DNA from: a virus
Reading direction: 5' to 3' (one strand)
Length of the DNA stretch: 64,000 bases
IMG/VR virus record: IMGVR_UViG_3300027759_000063
Span: 1-64,000 of that record
Shown here in pieces: positions 27,732-37,557 of this stretch. Position numbers and translations under genes: made by a program. The notes beneath the pieces were generated by a model that saw only the letters and a program-made list of their open reading frames with translations, ran no database searches and was not told the DNA's origin. Positions within the stretch are counted from its first letter, which is position 1. Each line of letters starts with the position of its first letter.

Positions 27732-28811
27732 TTAACGATAAAAGATATTGGTAACGTAGCCAGTTGTGATCAGCACAGTCACAGCCTGTGCTTCGGTGCC
27801 ACCGTAATTTAACGGCAAGTATCCCGAACCACCATTGGTCACTGTAATTTGACCAATGCCACTTGGGCCGACAAATGGTTCACCAATGGCAGTTGCACCA
27901 GCACCATTGCCTAGAATTTGAACACAGGGCGCAGCCATGTATCCCGAACCGGCGTTGTTTACAGCAATGCCAGTCACAACTCCATCAACTACAGTGGCAG
28001 TTGCACTTGCCCCATAACCTTGGCTGTTGTTCAATCCCAGACGCAACAAGGGATGGAAGCCCACAACATTGATGTAAAAAGTGCCGGACTCGTCAAAATA
28101 CTCACGGCTCTCAGTAACATCCACCCAAACGGCTTCATAGTCTTGCGCTGCCTGTACTTTGAGTGTGCCAGTGTAATGCACCAGATCATACTTGATTGTG
28201 GTCAAGCTGGCACCTGTGGTATCAATATGGCTTGAATAGTATTCAGTTAGATAATGAGTACTCAATGGCTGTGGGTTCAGAGCCCAGTCTGGCCATGAAC
28301 TTGGTCCTGCCTGTGGCCAGGAGTTTTTGCCATTTATTGTGGGAATTGTGACAGGTTGGCTGGCTATAAATTCAGGCAAGACTGAGTCCACAATGTCACA
28401 GTCAGCTCTGGCACCGGCATTGTCGTCTGTGAATGCTGCTTGTACATAATTGCCTTGTGTGCGCTCGATGCTGTAACTGCCTGGTTGTGCTAGAATATTG
28501 ATAGTGTCAGCAGTGTCCAAAACAACTTTGACCCGGCCCAAACTGGCACTGAGTACAGTCATGTCTTTTTCAAGTAATAATTCATCACCAGTTTGGTTTA
28601 GCAATCTAAAGCGGAATGTGCTGCCTGTGATATTCACAGGTTTTTGGTCTTGGTTGATGAATTCAAAGAGCAGAACGTTGTCTACACCTTTGTTAACAGT
28701 TAAAGTTTTTGCGTACACAGGGTCGTACCTCGCAGTAAAGTATCCACCACTGGTGTCAATCAATAATACCCTAATGATTTGTTGATATAAGTAAATGGTG
28801 GTTGAATACAT
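27732..28811 (-). CDS. virion structural protein (baseplate/adaptor-like)
   Basis: KGVDNVLLFEFINQDQKPV; repeated I-x-V-x-NxGSGY; late motif upstream. Confidence 0.65.
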   Translation of the reverse strand: MYSTTIYLYQQIIRVLLIDTSGGYFTARYDPVYAKTLTVNKGVDNVLLFEFINQDQKPVNITGSTFRFRLLNQTGDELLLEKDMTVLSASLGRVKVVLDTADTINILAQPGSYSIERTQGNYVQAAFTDDNAGARADCDIVDSVLPEFIASQPVTIPTINGKNSWPQAGPSSWPDWALNPQPLSTHYLTEYYSSHIDTTGASLTTIKYDLVHYTGTLKVQAAQDYEAVWVDVTESREYFDESGTFYINVVGFHPLLRLGLNNSQGYGASATATVVDGVVTGIAVNNAGSGYMAAPCVQILGNGAGATAIGEPFVGPSGIGQITVTNGGSGYLPLNYGGTEAQAVTVLITTGYVTNIFYR

Positions 28812-28831
28812 AGGATCCTCAAAACGTATTT

Positions 28832-29209
28832 ATGGGCAATAACATCTTTGAAAAACTGGCGGAAAAATACCCGTTTATAACTCTTTGCATCTACGCCAGC
28901 AATGAGTATATTGGCATAGTCCAGAACAGGGATGATGCTGTCACAACCATCTACGACTTTGGTGCTGTGCTTGTACAAGATGACAAGCTGGAATTCTTAG
29001 AATTGGCCAACACTTGGTGGTGGGAAAGCAATAGAAGTATTCCTATCAACATATTCTTACGCAGAGACTGGGACAAGTTCAAGTTCACTCTACGCACATT
29101 CAGCAACAAAGATCTTGAAATACTGCACGGGCCAGTTTGCAGTCTAATAGATATCAGCCGCAAAAAAAGCAAAAGAAAATCAATTACCCTGGTCCGTCGT
29201 ATTGAGTAA
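28832..29209 (+). CDS. conserved hypothetical protein
   Basis: YPFITL..EYIGIVQN..WWWESNRSIPINIFL; basic C-terminus. Confidence 0.7.
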   Translation: MGNNIFEKLAEKYPFITLCIYASNEYIGIVQNRDDAVTTIYDFGAVLVQDDKLEFLELANTWWWESNRSIPINIFLRRDWDKFKFTLRTFSNKDLEILHGPVCSLIDISRKKSKRKSITLVRRIE

Positions 29210-29758
29210 GTTCATGTGCAGGGCCACCAAGGCTGCATAGCTCACAGCGTGTGACTTCTTGAACGTGTACCCACGCGATTCATCACCGTCCCATACTTCT
29301 GCAAATACTTGATCCCAGGGCTTTCGCTGTAGATGTGCCTTGCCCGGTCTAATGATTGATATAAAAGCAGCCATCCTGGGTATGGAGTCAGGTTGCATAG
29401 CCACCATCAAATCCACGTAGTTGCCCACGTGTACCAACTGAGAGGCCCAGGGTCTGTCTGTCCACAGTCGACTCCATGGAGGTACGGCTGACAACATGGC
29501 ATCGTAATGTGCAGGATCCCGGATCAACTGATACACACTCATGTTCAACAAGTCAATTTTGAAGTAGCCACGCTGTTCTGCTGACTCATAGTCTATGGCA
29601 GCACATCCATGCTCTGGATCCTGCGGAATGTCTGTGACGTAGATGCCAGAATTATGACGACGTGGTCGACCATCAACAACCTGTCTAGCAGGTGTGTGCC
29701 GGATCACTTCCAATATCTTGCTACGATCCGGAACGTCAATATCAATGTCTGCACTCAT
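29180..29758 (-). CDS. DNA polymerase III alpha (DnaE)-like catalytic fragment, 192 aa
   Basis: ADIDID, HNSGIYV, GYFKIDLL, IIRPG, GYTFKKSHAVSYA. Confidence 0.82.
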   Translation of the reverse strand: MSADIDIDVPDRSKILEVIRHTPARQVVDGRPRRHNSGIYVTDIPQDPEHGCAAIDYESAEQRGYFKIDLLNMSVYQLIRDPAHYDAMLSAVPPWSRLWTDRPWASQLVHVGNYVDLMVAMQPDSIPRMAAFISIIRPGKAHLQRKPWDQVFAEVWDGDESRGYTFKKSHAVSYAALVALHMNLLNTTDQGN

Positions 29759-30114
29759 GTTCTGCACAGCGCCACAACCATTTTCAATTGCTGTTCGGCC
29801 TCACGAACAGCACCCATGGCATCAGCCACAGCAGGATACTGTTCAGCCATGCGTCGGGCTTCCCTTTCTTGTTCCATTTTGTCCAGTGCCCAGTCAATTG
29901 CTGTTTCAGCTGCGCCAGTGAGCCCCACAGTGGCCTGTGCCATAATAAATATTTGCCAGTTCTGACCGTTGTAGAATTCAATTTGCTGAGTGCTGGTGTT
30001 GAATCGTAGGTCACCCACACCCATCATGCCAGCACCGGTGTTGATGTAGTTGCTGGCACTGTTGCCACCACCTACTATGACGTGTTTGCCCATGGACATT
30101 ATTGAGTTGATCAT
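29755..30114 (-). CDS. conserved hypothetical protein
   Basis: GDLRFNTSTQQIEFYNGQNW followed by a coiled coil; coupled to the DnaE-like gene. Confidence 0.65.
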   Translation of the reverse strand: MINSIMSMGKHVIVGGGNSASNYINTGAGMMGVGDLRFNTSTQQIEFYNGQNWQIFIMAQATVGLTGAAETAIDWALDKMEQEREARRMAEQYPAVADAMGAVREAEQQLKMVVALCRT

Positions 30115-30115
30115 A

Positions 30116-31069
30116 TTAGTCTTTATTATAGATGGTTTCAATATATTTTACTAGCGTATTGGCAATAAACTTATTAGATTCTACACCTGGATGTAAATTA
30201 TCAGTTGCACAATCCATATTATAATTTTTCATCCAACTGGCTGGAACAAACTCAGGCATGTCATAAAAGTATGTTTGATCTATTTTAGAATACACCAACT
30301 CATTTTTATAATTTATTAACCAAAAAACTAGTTTCAACTGCCTTGCTCTAGCAATCGCAACCATGGCTCTTATCTTGGCCAGTAGTTCATAAAATAAAAA
30401 ATCTTTGTGATAAACTTCTACCATTTTTTGATTTAGATTCGCATTGGCAGCATGTGCAAACAGTATTTTTTCTAACTGTTGATTCTGTTTACAATAATGT
30501 AATCTATCCAGTGTGGTAAGTTGCACCACAACAATCTGTCCTGGAAAAAAATCCAGTTGTGTAAAGCGATCAAATATTAAACTATTACTGCCGCCACCTG
30601 TTCCTAAATTTAATAACTCTTTGTTGAAATATTTTGCCACTTGGGTAGAATATCTTGTTTCAACATCCGGCAACCCAACTCCGGCTGTGAAGCTACAACC
30701 TAAAAAAACAGCATGATTCTTTTTGACAATCGAATGATGATTCCATTTGTATACATCAAATTTAATTTTGTCAAGGTTTACAACATTGTTATATTTTAAG
30801 TTGTAGTCTTTTAACCAGTTAAGAAAATCATAATAACTGTCTACGTTGGCAAATTCTTCAATGGTAGATTCTGCCCAGTACACAGATTTTGCCTGACTTA
30901 GAATACATTCAAGTTCTTGTAAATCTGGAACATCACCTACTGACGTGTGTGCTACTGGCTGATTATGATATTGATTAGTAATTAACACACTTGGCGGGGC
31001 ACCAAGCTGTTTGTAATACTCCGAAGTCTTAACATTGGTACTTCCTACAATAATAATTGATTTTACCAT
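30116..31069 (-). CDS. SGNH/GDSL-like esterase or acyltransferase
   Basis: FLGCSFTAG, NLGTGGGSN, DNLHPG; AT-rich. Confidence 0.7.
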   Translation of the reverse strand: MVKSIIIVGSTNVKTSEYYKQLGAPPSVLITNQYHNQPVAHTSVGDVPDLQELECILSQAKSVYWAESTIEEFANVDSYYDFLNWLKDYNLKYNNVVNLDKIKFDVYKWNHHSIVKKNHAVFLGCSFTAGVGLPDVETRYSTQVAKYFNKELLNLGTGGGSNSLIFDRFTQLDFFPGQIVVVQLTTLDRLHYCKQNQQLEKILFAHAANANLNQKMVEVYHKDFLFYELLAKIRAMVAIARARQLKLVFWLINYKNELVYSKIDQTYFYDMPEFVPASWMKNYNMDCATDNLHPGVESNKFIANTLVKYIETIYNKD

Positions 31070-31752
31070 CCTGCTTGCTTCAATATTAGTTTTGCGTATT
31101 CAGCGTCAGCGGCATAGTCTGCAAACCGTTTCTGCCATATGTCTGAGTCTATATAGGGCCATATCATGGACACTTGGTCAGCTGTGAGTTCACCCAGGAA
31201 CTTCTGTCCTGACTCTGAGTTGTATATCACCCAAGGACTAATGCGTCCGGTTGTGACAGCATGACACATGGCATGTGTGCTGCCATAACGCAAACAATCA
31301 TGTGGCGATGCTGAGTGTCGCTCACTCCAGTCTATGCCAAACTCCACTGCACGGGCCAGTGCATCTGCCACTGCTTCTACCTTCAAATAGTCCAACAAAT
31401 ACTCAGTGTAGATTTTGTCACTACCCCAGTTGTCGATCTTTTTGTTGTGTTTTAACAACCACTCTGTGAACTGTCTAGGATTGATTGCTCGTGTGTTGTG
31501 GCAGTATCTACCAAATTTTACAAAGGCTCGATAGTAAGGTGAGTCTGCAAAGTCATCAAATGTTTTGAGTCTGGCCGAACCTTGTGCAATCTCATAAAAT
31601 CTCAAGTAGGATTGAAAGCCCAGTTCAACACCACGCTCTGACCGTTCTGATCTGCGGCGCTTGGGCTCACACATGTGAACCACAAGACTTTCTGCACGAC
31701 GAAATGTTTTCTTGCAGTAGCCGCAAGTGAGTTCACTTAGTGTCTCGGCCAT
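31063..31752 (-). CDS. zinc-finger-containing conserved protein
   Basis: CGYCKKTFRRAESLVVHMC. Confidence 0.7.
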   Translation of the reverse strand: MAETLSELTCGYCKKTFRRAESLVVHMCEPKRRRSERSERGVELGFQSYLRFYEIAQGSARLKTFDDFADSPYYRAFVKFGRYCHNTRAINPRQFTEWLLKHNKKIDNWGSDKIYTEYLLDYLKVEAVADALARAVEFGIDWSERHSASPHDCLRYGSTHAMCHAVTTGRISPWVIYNSESGQKFLGELTADQVSMIWPYIDSDIWQKRFADYAADAEYAKLILKQAGW

Positions 31753-32185
31753 GGTCTCTGAGGTATTGATCAAGTTCTTTCTTTGTGGTCATTGAGGCCA
31801 GCAAGGCTATCTCATCTTCTTTGTGTGTGGGAAATAACTCTGCCAGTTGTTTTTTGATAGCACTTGTACCCGCACCTGTTTCTTTTTTCTTGGGAGAGAT
31901 CCAGTTGTGTCTGGAGGTGCCCATGTTTGGACTCACAGTGGTAGCACACAACCATTGCAGTTCAGGATGCCGACTGATGTTGAAGAAGTGTTTGTTGAGT
32001 CGCTCGTTGGTGGCAATCAAATAAAACTCTTGCAAGTCTCTTGAGCCTTCCACACATGACGCCCAACGAATCATAAGATAGTTTGAAAACTTCTTGCGTT
32101 CCTCGTCTGTGAGGTCACGATAAAAACTTCTGTTCTTGCGATCCAGTTGTCGCATCTCATTAGCAATGTTTAGTTTGTCGCTCAC
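31733..32185 (-). CDS. clamp-loader small subunit-like (T4 gp62-like)
   Basis: GTG start; EERKKFSNYLMIRWAS...NERLN...HPELQW; replication context. Confidence 0.6.
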   Translation of the reverse strand: MSDKLNIANEMRQLDRKNRSFYRDLTDEERKKFSNYLMIRWASCVEGSRDLQEFYLIATNERLNKHFFNISRHPELQWLCATTVSPNMGTSRHNWISPKKKETGAGTSAIKKQLAELFPTHKEDEIALLASMTTKKELDQYLRDHGRDTK

Positions 32186-32481
32186 TTGTTTACCTTGATC
32201 AGTCGATATATCATTATAACACGGTCCACAGCATCTTGTAAAGTGGGATTGGTCCGGGCCAGGCGGCGTATTTCGCCCCACATTTTGTCTTCCTGCAGAC
32301 GATCAAACAAACTATCTCCAGTTGATGTTTGTTTAGTGTAATCAATTTGATGTCCGGTCACAGGATCGTAACTGTAGCCCATGAGTTGTCGGGTACTGGG
32401 ATCGGCACCTGCTTCACGTGCATATACCTCATTGCCCACACGTTCGTAGATAAGGGTAGCGCCGGGTTTAAGTGTTCCCAT
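32182..32481 (-). CDS. hypothetical protein
   Basis: MGTLKPGATLIYER..VYARE. Confidence 0.65.
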   Translation of the reverse strand: MGTLKPGATLIYERVGNEVYAREAGADPSTRQLMGYSYDPVTGHQIDYTKQTSTGDSLFDRLQEDKMWGEIRRLARTNPTLQDAVDRVIMIYRLIKVNK

Positions 32482-32614
32482 ATTTGTAACCATATTGGGC
32501 ATGCGCCCAGCGCAGGAATCGTTCTAGGCCCTCCTGATCTTCTGGATAACTTTCCAAGTAGATCTTGGCCAAACGATTGACTATTTCAAATATTTCGGGT
32601 TCGGTGTATGCCAT
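32468..32614 (-). CDS. 48-aa small protein MAYTEPEIFEIVNRLAKIYLESYPEDQEGLERFLRWAHAQYGYKYGNT (not in ORF track)
   Basis: Starts 1 nt after the upstream stop and fills the gap. Confidence 0.6.
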   Translation of the reverse strand: MAYTEPEIFEIVNRLAKIYLESYPEDQEGLERFLRWAHAQYGYKYGNT

Positions 32615-32615
32615 A

Positions 32616-33116
32616 TTACCAGGCCTTGTTGTAGTCTACTATCTCACAGTTGCGACTGATGTCTTTCACAAAGTACACACAGTCAGGATCTGGATTGTCA
32701 TTTAGCGGCACAGCCAGTAGTTGTCCATTCTTTAGTTTGGGTGCATACCACGACACCTCATGATACACATCCAAGATTTCAATGTCAGGAAAGCTGGGAC
32801 GGAAACTTGTGAGTGGATTGAACTGAAACACTTTGAATCCACGATCATTTATGGATGTCAGTGGTAACACTTCCAAGTCACCTACTTCCGGCTCGCCTAT
32901 GAGTATTTGCCAGTCCATGGGCATCTTGACTGTGTTCTCACCAATGCGTAATACCAAGGCAGGTGCATTAAAACTTTCCAAAAAGATCAAGGGAATGAAA
33001 TGATAGTCTGGCTCTTGTGGGTTTGAGTTGTCTAATATGGCAAATCGCATGTCATCTACTTCTTCGGGCAAATGATCTAGGTCGTAATGAATGTTGTCTA
33101 ATGTTAATATTCGCAT
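32616..33116 (-). CDS. conserved beta-rich protein, possibly Hint-like fold
   Basis: 166 aa; TTGACT-17-TATTAT 6 nt before ATG. Confidence 0.6.
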   Translation of the reverse strand: MRILTLDNIHYDLDHLPEEVDDMRFAILDNSNPQEPDYHFIPLIFLESFNAPALVLRIGENTVKMPMDWQILIGEPEVGDLEVLPLTSINDRGFKVFQFNPLTSFRPSFPDIEILDVYHEVSWYAPKLKNGQLLAVPLNDNPDPDCVYFVKDISRNCEIVDYNKAW

Positions 33117-33147
33117 GTTGTTATAATATACTGTTGCGTGATAAAAG

Positions 33148-34617
33148 TCAACCTAATTTCATCCAATCAAGTTTTTCTTGTGTAAAGGGATAGTTGGCCT
33201 CTTTATAGAATTGCTTGCGCTTGGTCAAATGACGTTTGGCAAATTTACAGGTGCTGGTCAAGTCCCAGATTTGAACATGATCCTTGTCTTCTGCTTTGCG
33301 TATTCCACGACCGATTGACTGAATGACACGCACAAAACTCTTGCCAGGTTCAACAAGCACAAGATTAAAAATCCTGGGAATATTGATACCCACAGCAGCC
33401 ACACCATATGTGGCCACAATAATTTTGTCTGTTGCTTCGGCCACTTCATCATATTCTGCTTGCCGATTTTTTGTTTTGGTTGCACCTGACACAAACACTG
33501 CACGGTCGCCCAGTCGTTCCACCAGTTGTCTACCGCACTCGGTACGGTCTACCAGCACCAAGGTATTGCCGGTTTCGTTTACTTGCCGCACAAGATCTGC
33601 CATGGTGTCCAGGCGCCCTGACTCTTCCAGCAGGTACTTGAGTTCGCTTTGATAGTCTTTGTATTCTACATGATCGATCAGTTGTACAATGTTCACATGG
33701 CAGTTGGCTAATACGCCTTGTTGTTGCAGTTCACTGGCACTGAGACGACCAATAACAGGACCAAGACTTACTAGTAGTGCTTGACTTTCAAACTTCTCTT
33801 TAGGCACAGTTCCGGTTAGCCCCCAGCGAATTGGCACTCTCGACATCACACCTGTGAGCAAGGTTTTTAATGCATCTGCCTTGGCCATGTGTACTTCGTC
33901 TACAATAACGCACACAACATCTTCCAAAAACTCACCAATGGTACAGTCACCCACTCCTGCCTTGGTATTTTTCAACAAATTGTTTAGGCTCTGCCATGTG
34001 CATATGGTGTGCTGACGCCCGTATTCTTTTCTGTCACCAAAGTATACACCAACATCCTGCTCCATGTTCTTGTAGTCTGCTTCGGTTTGTGTGACCAAGC
34101 TCTTGTTGGGCACAATCACAATGCTCCGACCATAAGGTGTGACAGCATTGCTCAAGGCTGCTGTCATTATGGTCTTGCCTGCACCTGTGGCCACTTCTTG
34201 TATGCACTGCGGGTTGGCTAAAAAGTTGTTGACAATCTCCACTTGGTAGTCACGTAACATGATGGACTCGCCTGCGGCAGGATGTGTCTTGGGCCATTTC
34301 ACGTGCTCAAAACTTGTTTCAGTTACTTGTTCAAACGTGAACGTGTTTGAGTAGTCGCGCTGATCATCCAATTCAACATCATAGTCAAGCCGTTCAAGTA
34401 TGGGCACGATCTCTGGCAACAGGTTCACATAAGTTGATCCGCCCAGTTGGAAGTATGCTACCTTGCCATCCCATCGTCCCAGTCGCACTGCTGGCAAATA
34501 ACGTGCGGCAGGGTTTTCATATTTGAAAGCATTGACCAAGGCCTTGCGAGCATCCAGGTCCAGGCCTTCTATCTTGATGTTTACTTCGTCTTTGATTACT
34601 ATTGTTGCTTGTTTCAT
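33148..34617 (-). CDS. uvsW: SF2 DNA helicase UvsW-like
   Basis: LRDYQ, ATGAGKT, DEVH, GLTGT, QSIGRGIR. Confidence 0.9.
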   Translation of the reverse strand: MKQATIVIKDEVNIKIEGLDLDARKALVNAFKYENPAARYLPAVRLGRWDGKVAYFQLGGSTYVNLLPEIVPILERLDYDVELDDQRDYSNTFTFEQVTETSFEHVKWPKTHPAAGESIMLRDYQVEIVNNFLANPQCIQEVATGAGKTIMTAALSNAVTPYGRSIVIVPNKSLVTQTEADYKNMEQDVGVYFGDRKEYGRQHTICTWQSLNNLLKNTKAGVGDCTIGEFLEDVVCVIVDEVHMAKADALKTLLTGVMSRVPIRWGLTGTVPKEKFESQALLVSLGPVIGRLSASELQQQGVLANCHVNIVQLIDHVEYKDYQSELKYLLEESGRLDTMADLVRQVNETGNTLVLVDRTECGRQLVERLGDRAVFVSGATKTKNRQAEYDEVAEATDKIIVATYGVAAVGINIPRIFNLVLVEPGKSFVRVIQSIGRGIRKAEDKDHVQIWDLTSTCKFAKRHLTKRKQFYKEANYPFTQEKLDWMKLG

Positions 34618-35432
34618 ATTTTATATATTAATTGTTTCATGTGATTGGAGTCTTTGGGAAATTGGTCAAGTCCATTACAACGAATTTCATATCCGTGCTC
34701 TCGCAGTTTCGCCTGTACATAAATTTCATCTAAAAATGTCCTGCAAGGATTAGCAGTTACGGTCGTGTTGTGGGTGACAAGATCTTGTATCCATTGATCA
34801 ATTGCCAATTGAGTATTATGGTATATTTGTCTTTGCAAAAACGTTTCATGTGTATTGAGTAGCTCAGTTACATCAAGATCTAAATTCAGTAGTCGACAAA
34901 GATTTTCCAGCACCGGAACAAAATTTACAAAAAAATCTTGTGCAGAAATTGCTGCCACGCATTCACTATCTATATAAGTTTGTCTATTGTAATTTTTTTC
35001 TAGAAAATCTAAAAACACAAAAGAATGATATTCTCTCAAAATCCATAGAGGAATTGGCTGCTCTTGATTTTGAATATTCCATACCGTGTGTAATTTTGAT
35101 TTCAAATCTTGGTGCCACCATTTATCTTGTAAAAATTTATCAAAATCGTAGTTGTAAAATTTACAGTACTGGTTGTTGATGTAATCAAGATAGTGATCTG
35201 GTTCGGGAATGATTGTGACAGTAGTTGTAGGTCCGTCATACTTGTCGCCACCACCAAAACAGTGTTGATTTATAATTTTTGTTTTGCAATCACTGTGATT
35301 CCAAAATACATGACTACTGCCATTGTTATCCAGTGCAAATTCAAAATTGGTAGTGTTGAGATTGGTGTAACTGTACAAACAACCAGTCAAATAATGACCA
35401 TAGCATCCTGGCGGAAATAAAACTCTAATCAT
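34614..35432 (-). CDS. AT-rich hypothetical, possible sulfotransferase-like fold
   Basis: N-terminal FPPGCYGHYL. Confidence 0.45.
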   Translation of the reverse strand: MIRVLFPPGCYGHYLTGCLYSYTNLNTTNFEFALDNNGSSHVFWNHSDCKTKIINQHCFGGGDKYDGPTTTVTIIPEPDHYLDYINNQYCKFYNYDFDKFLQDKWWHQDLKSKLHTVWNIQNQEQPIPLWILREYHSFVFLDFLEKNYNRQTYIDSECVAAISAQDFFVNFVPVLENLCRLLNLDLDVTELLNTHETFLQRQIYHNTQLAIDQWIQDLVTHNTTVTANPCRTFLDEIYVQAKLREHGYEIRCNGLDQFPKDSNHMKQLIYKI

Positions 35433-36288
35433 ATTCTATCATCACATTGTGAACATATTGTCGTGACTGCATTTGTGATATTAACATGTCCTGGGTACCG
35501 GTGTATTGCATATCTGCTACAGGAAACACAAACGGCAGAGCCTGTGTGTCATGCACTGTTTCAATGCCACGATCATGAAAAAATTCAGCATGCTGATTGA
35601 TGTAATCTTGCATGCCTGCCAGTTTGGGTCTTAGATCTTGATCATACATGGTTACATTGAAGTCAGCACTGTAGTAACCAAACGGGCGAAACGCATCATC
35701 ACCTATGTATGTATCATTGTCGTGTGCAAGATGTTCTAGAGTTTTTCCTATTTCACAATAATTGAGATATACAGTGCCAAATTTGATCTCAAGCTCACCA
35801 TGCTCACGCATGATTTCTGAATTTAACCATTTGGTTTTTGGCATGCCAAACCAAGTACAAACGAATCTAGGACAAGGTGAATTCAGTGCAGTTTCACATC
35901 TGTGAACTGCCAAATTCAAATTGGCCAATGCTGTGCGTACTTCGACCGGAGCATCAAGCCAATACTGTGATGTTTGTTGGTCTAGCAAACCGTGATACTG
36001 TTCAAAAATATTGTGCAAATAGTTTAAACAATCTTGTGTGTATTCAAATTCGCGATCAACTATTGGCTGGTGTTGATTGATCGTAGCAATGCATTGTTGA
36101 ATCATATCAACTGCTCGATCTTGCTCTTGTTGGGCGGTGCCAAATCCATAAAATCTATCCGGATTGTCCATGGGCCAAGCATGTCGTTGGCTCATGCGCT
36201 CAAGCCACAGTTTGGCCAAGGGTGTTTGTCTTATGTTAAAACACAATTCAAAATTGTCGGCCAATGTAATTACAAGATGCTGAGACAT
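35425..36288 (-). CDS. hypothetical protein
   Basis: LNYLHNIFE, NLAVHRCE, YLNYCEIGK; TTGACT-17-TATACT 5 nt before ATG. Confidence 0.65.
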   Translation of the reverse strand: MSQHLVITLADNFELCFNIRQTPLAKLWLERMSQRHAWPMDNPDRFYGFGTAQQEQDRAVDMIQQCIATINQHQPIVDREFEYTQDCLNYLHNIFEQYHGLLDQQTSQYWLDAPVEVRTALANLNLAVHRCETALNSPCPRFVCTWFGMPKTKWLNSEIMREHGELEIKFGTVYLNYCEIGKTLEHLAHDNDTYIGDDAFRPFGYYSADFNVTMYDQDLRPKLAGMQDYINQHAEFFHDRGIETVHDTQALPFVFPVADMQYTGTQDMLISQMQSRQYVHNVMIEYD

Positions 36289-36320
36289 AACACAGTATAT
36301 ACTCTTGCAAAACAAAAGTC

Positions 36321-36348
36321 AAAAAAACAGGCTCCGAAGAGCCTGTTG
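36321..36348 (-). terminator. UUCG-tetraloop terminator ending the early unit
   Basis: - strand AACAGGCTC-TTCG-GAGCCTGTT-TTTTT. Confidence 0.85.
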
Positions 36349-36389
36349 TAAAAACCCGGGGCGGAGCCAACCAATCCCCGGGGTAAAAC

Positions 36390-36482
36390 TCAATCAGTGA
36401 ATATTAATAGCAGTACAGTTAAGAACAGTGCCCACCACAGTTCACCTAACAGTACTAAGATGAGCACTCCAATCCAAGCCAT
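36390..36482 (-). CDS. 30-aa hydrophobic peptide MAWIGVLILVLLGELWWALFLTVLLLIFTD (not in ORF track)
   Basis: Starts 1 nt after the AAA gene stop. Confidence 0.55.
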   Translation of the reverse strand: MAWIGVLILVLLGELWWALFLTVLLLIFTD

Positions 36483-36483
36483 G

Positions 36484-37512
36484 TTAGGCACTCTTCATAC
36501 AAGTTGTCTCAGCCATGCGCTTCCAATTGCCTGCAAAGCTCTTGCGCAAGTCTGCAATCTTCAGGGCCATGCGCAAGCTCATCTCACGCAAGCGATTCTG
36601 ATTTGCTTCCATGAACTCCACAATCTCGTCCTGTACTACAGGCTCAAAATCGTAATCTGAAAACAGCACACCGTCCTTGGCAATCTGCTTGATACGCAAC
36701 ACCTTGTCACGCATGGTGTCAAGTGTCAAGTCCAGGTAGTGACAGCGTGATTGCAGTGCATCCAAGTGATCACGCAACTTTTGCGATTTCATTGTGTCAA
36801 ACTTCAAGTTGGTGATAAAAATCACACTGCCTTTGAACTCGAAACGATCTGGGATGCCTTCACGACGCAGAGCACTAGACTCTGACAACCATGAAATTGT
36901 GCGCTTCTTGCCTGAGTCCAAGGCACCCTTCAGCAAGTTCAAGGCTACGTCATCAAGCAAAATGCTGTCACAGTCATCAAACACCAACACACAATTGGCA
37001 TCTGAATACTTGTACAGTGTCTGATACAAGCCAATAGGCGTTGCACTACCTTTCACAACTTCAGCACGGAGGCGCTTGCCTGCCAACTTGTCAAACAAGG
37101 TGGCCTTTTCGATCTCACGCTCGACGCCAAAGCTCTTGCCAACTCCAGGAGGGCCGCTCACAATCATGGCACGGATGTCACCGTTCACACAAGCCTTTGT
37201 CATCTCATTCAAGATGTCAAAACGCTCGCGAATGCGAGTCATAATTTGATCTTCAGTTTCAGTTTCAGTCTGTGCGGCAACAAAGGCCACGGTGTTGTCA
37301 TTACTCACTGCTTCTCCATTGACATACTCGATGTCGCTAATGTTGTTGACTTTGATACGAACTACATCAAACTCGGGACCAAAGTAGCCTGCGCTTTGTA
37401 CAGTCACAAAGCCACCCTTGGCACCAGTTTGAAATCCTTTTACAAGATTGAATGTTGCATTCTTAACTGGGTTGTTGCGATACACACCATTAATCACTCG
37501 AATTGCACTCAT
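36484..37512 (-). CDS. AAA+ ATPase, early
   Basis: SGPPGVGKS, LVFDDCD, IFITN, ALQSRC. Confidence 0.85.
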   Translation of the reverse strand: MSAIRVINGVYRNNPVKNATFNLVKGFQTGAKGGFVTVQSAGYFGPEFDVVRIKVNNISDIEYVNGEAVSNDNTVAFVAAQTETETEDQIMTRIRERFDILNEMTKACVNGDIRAMIVSGPPGVGKSFGVEREIEKATLFDKLAGKRLRAEVVKGSATPIGLYQTLYKYSDANCVLVFDDCDSILLDDVALNLLKGALDSGKKRTISWLSESSALRREGIPDRFEFKGSVIFITNLKFDTMKSQKLRDHLDALQSRCHYLDLTLDTMRDKVLRIKQIAKDGVLFSDYDFEPVVQDEIVEFMEANQNRLREMSLRMALKIADLRKSFAGNWKRMAETTCMKSA

Positions 37513-37557
37513 TGTTGGCTCCTTTGAAATGCGTTGTTGTTTACTGTTTATGTTTCT

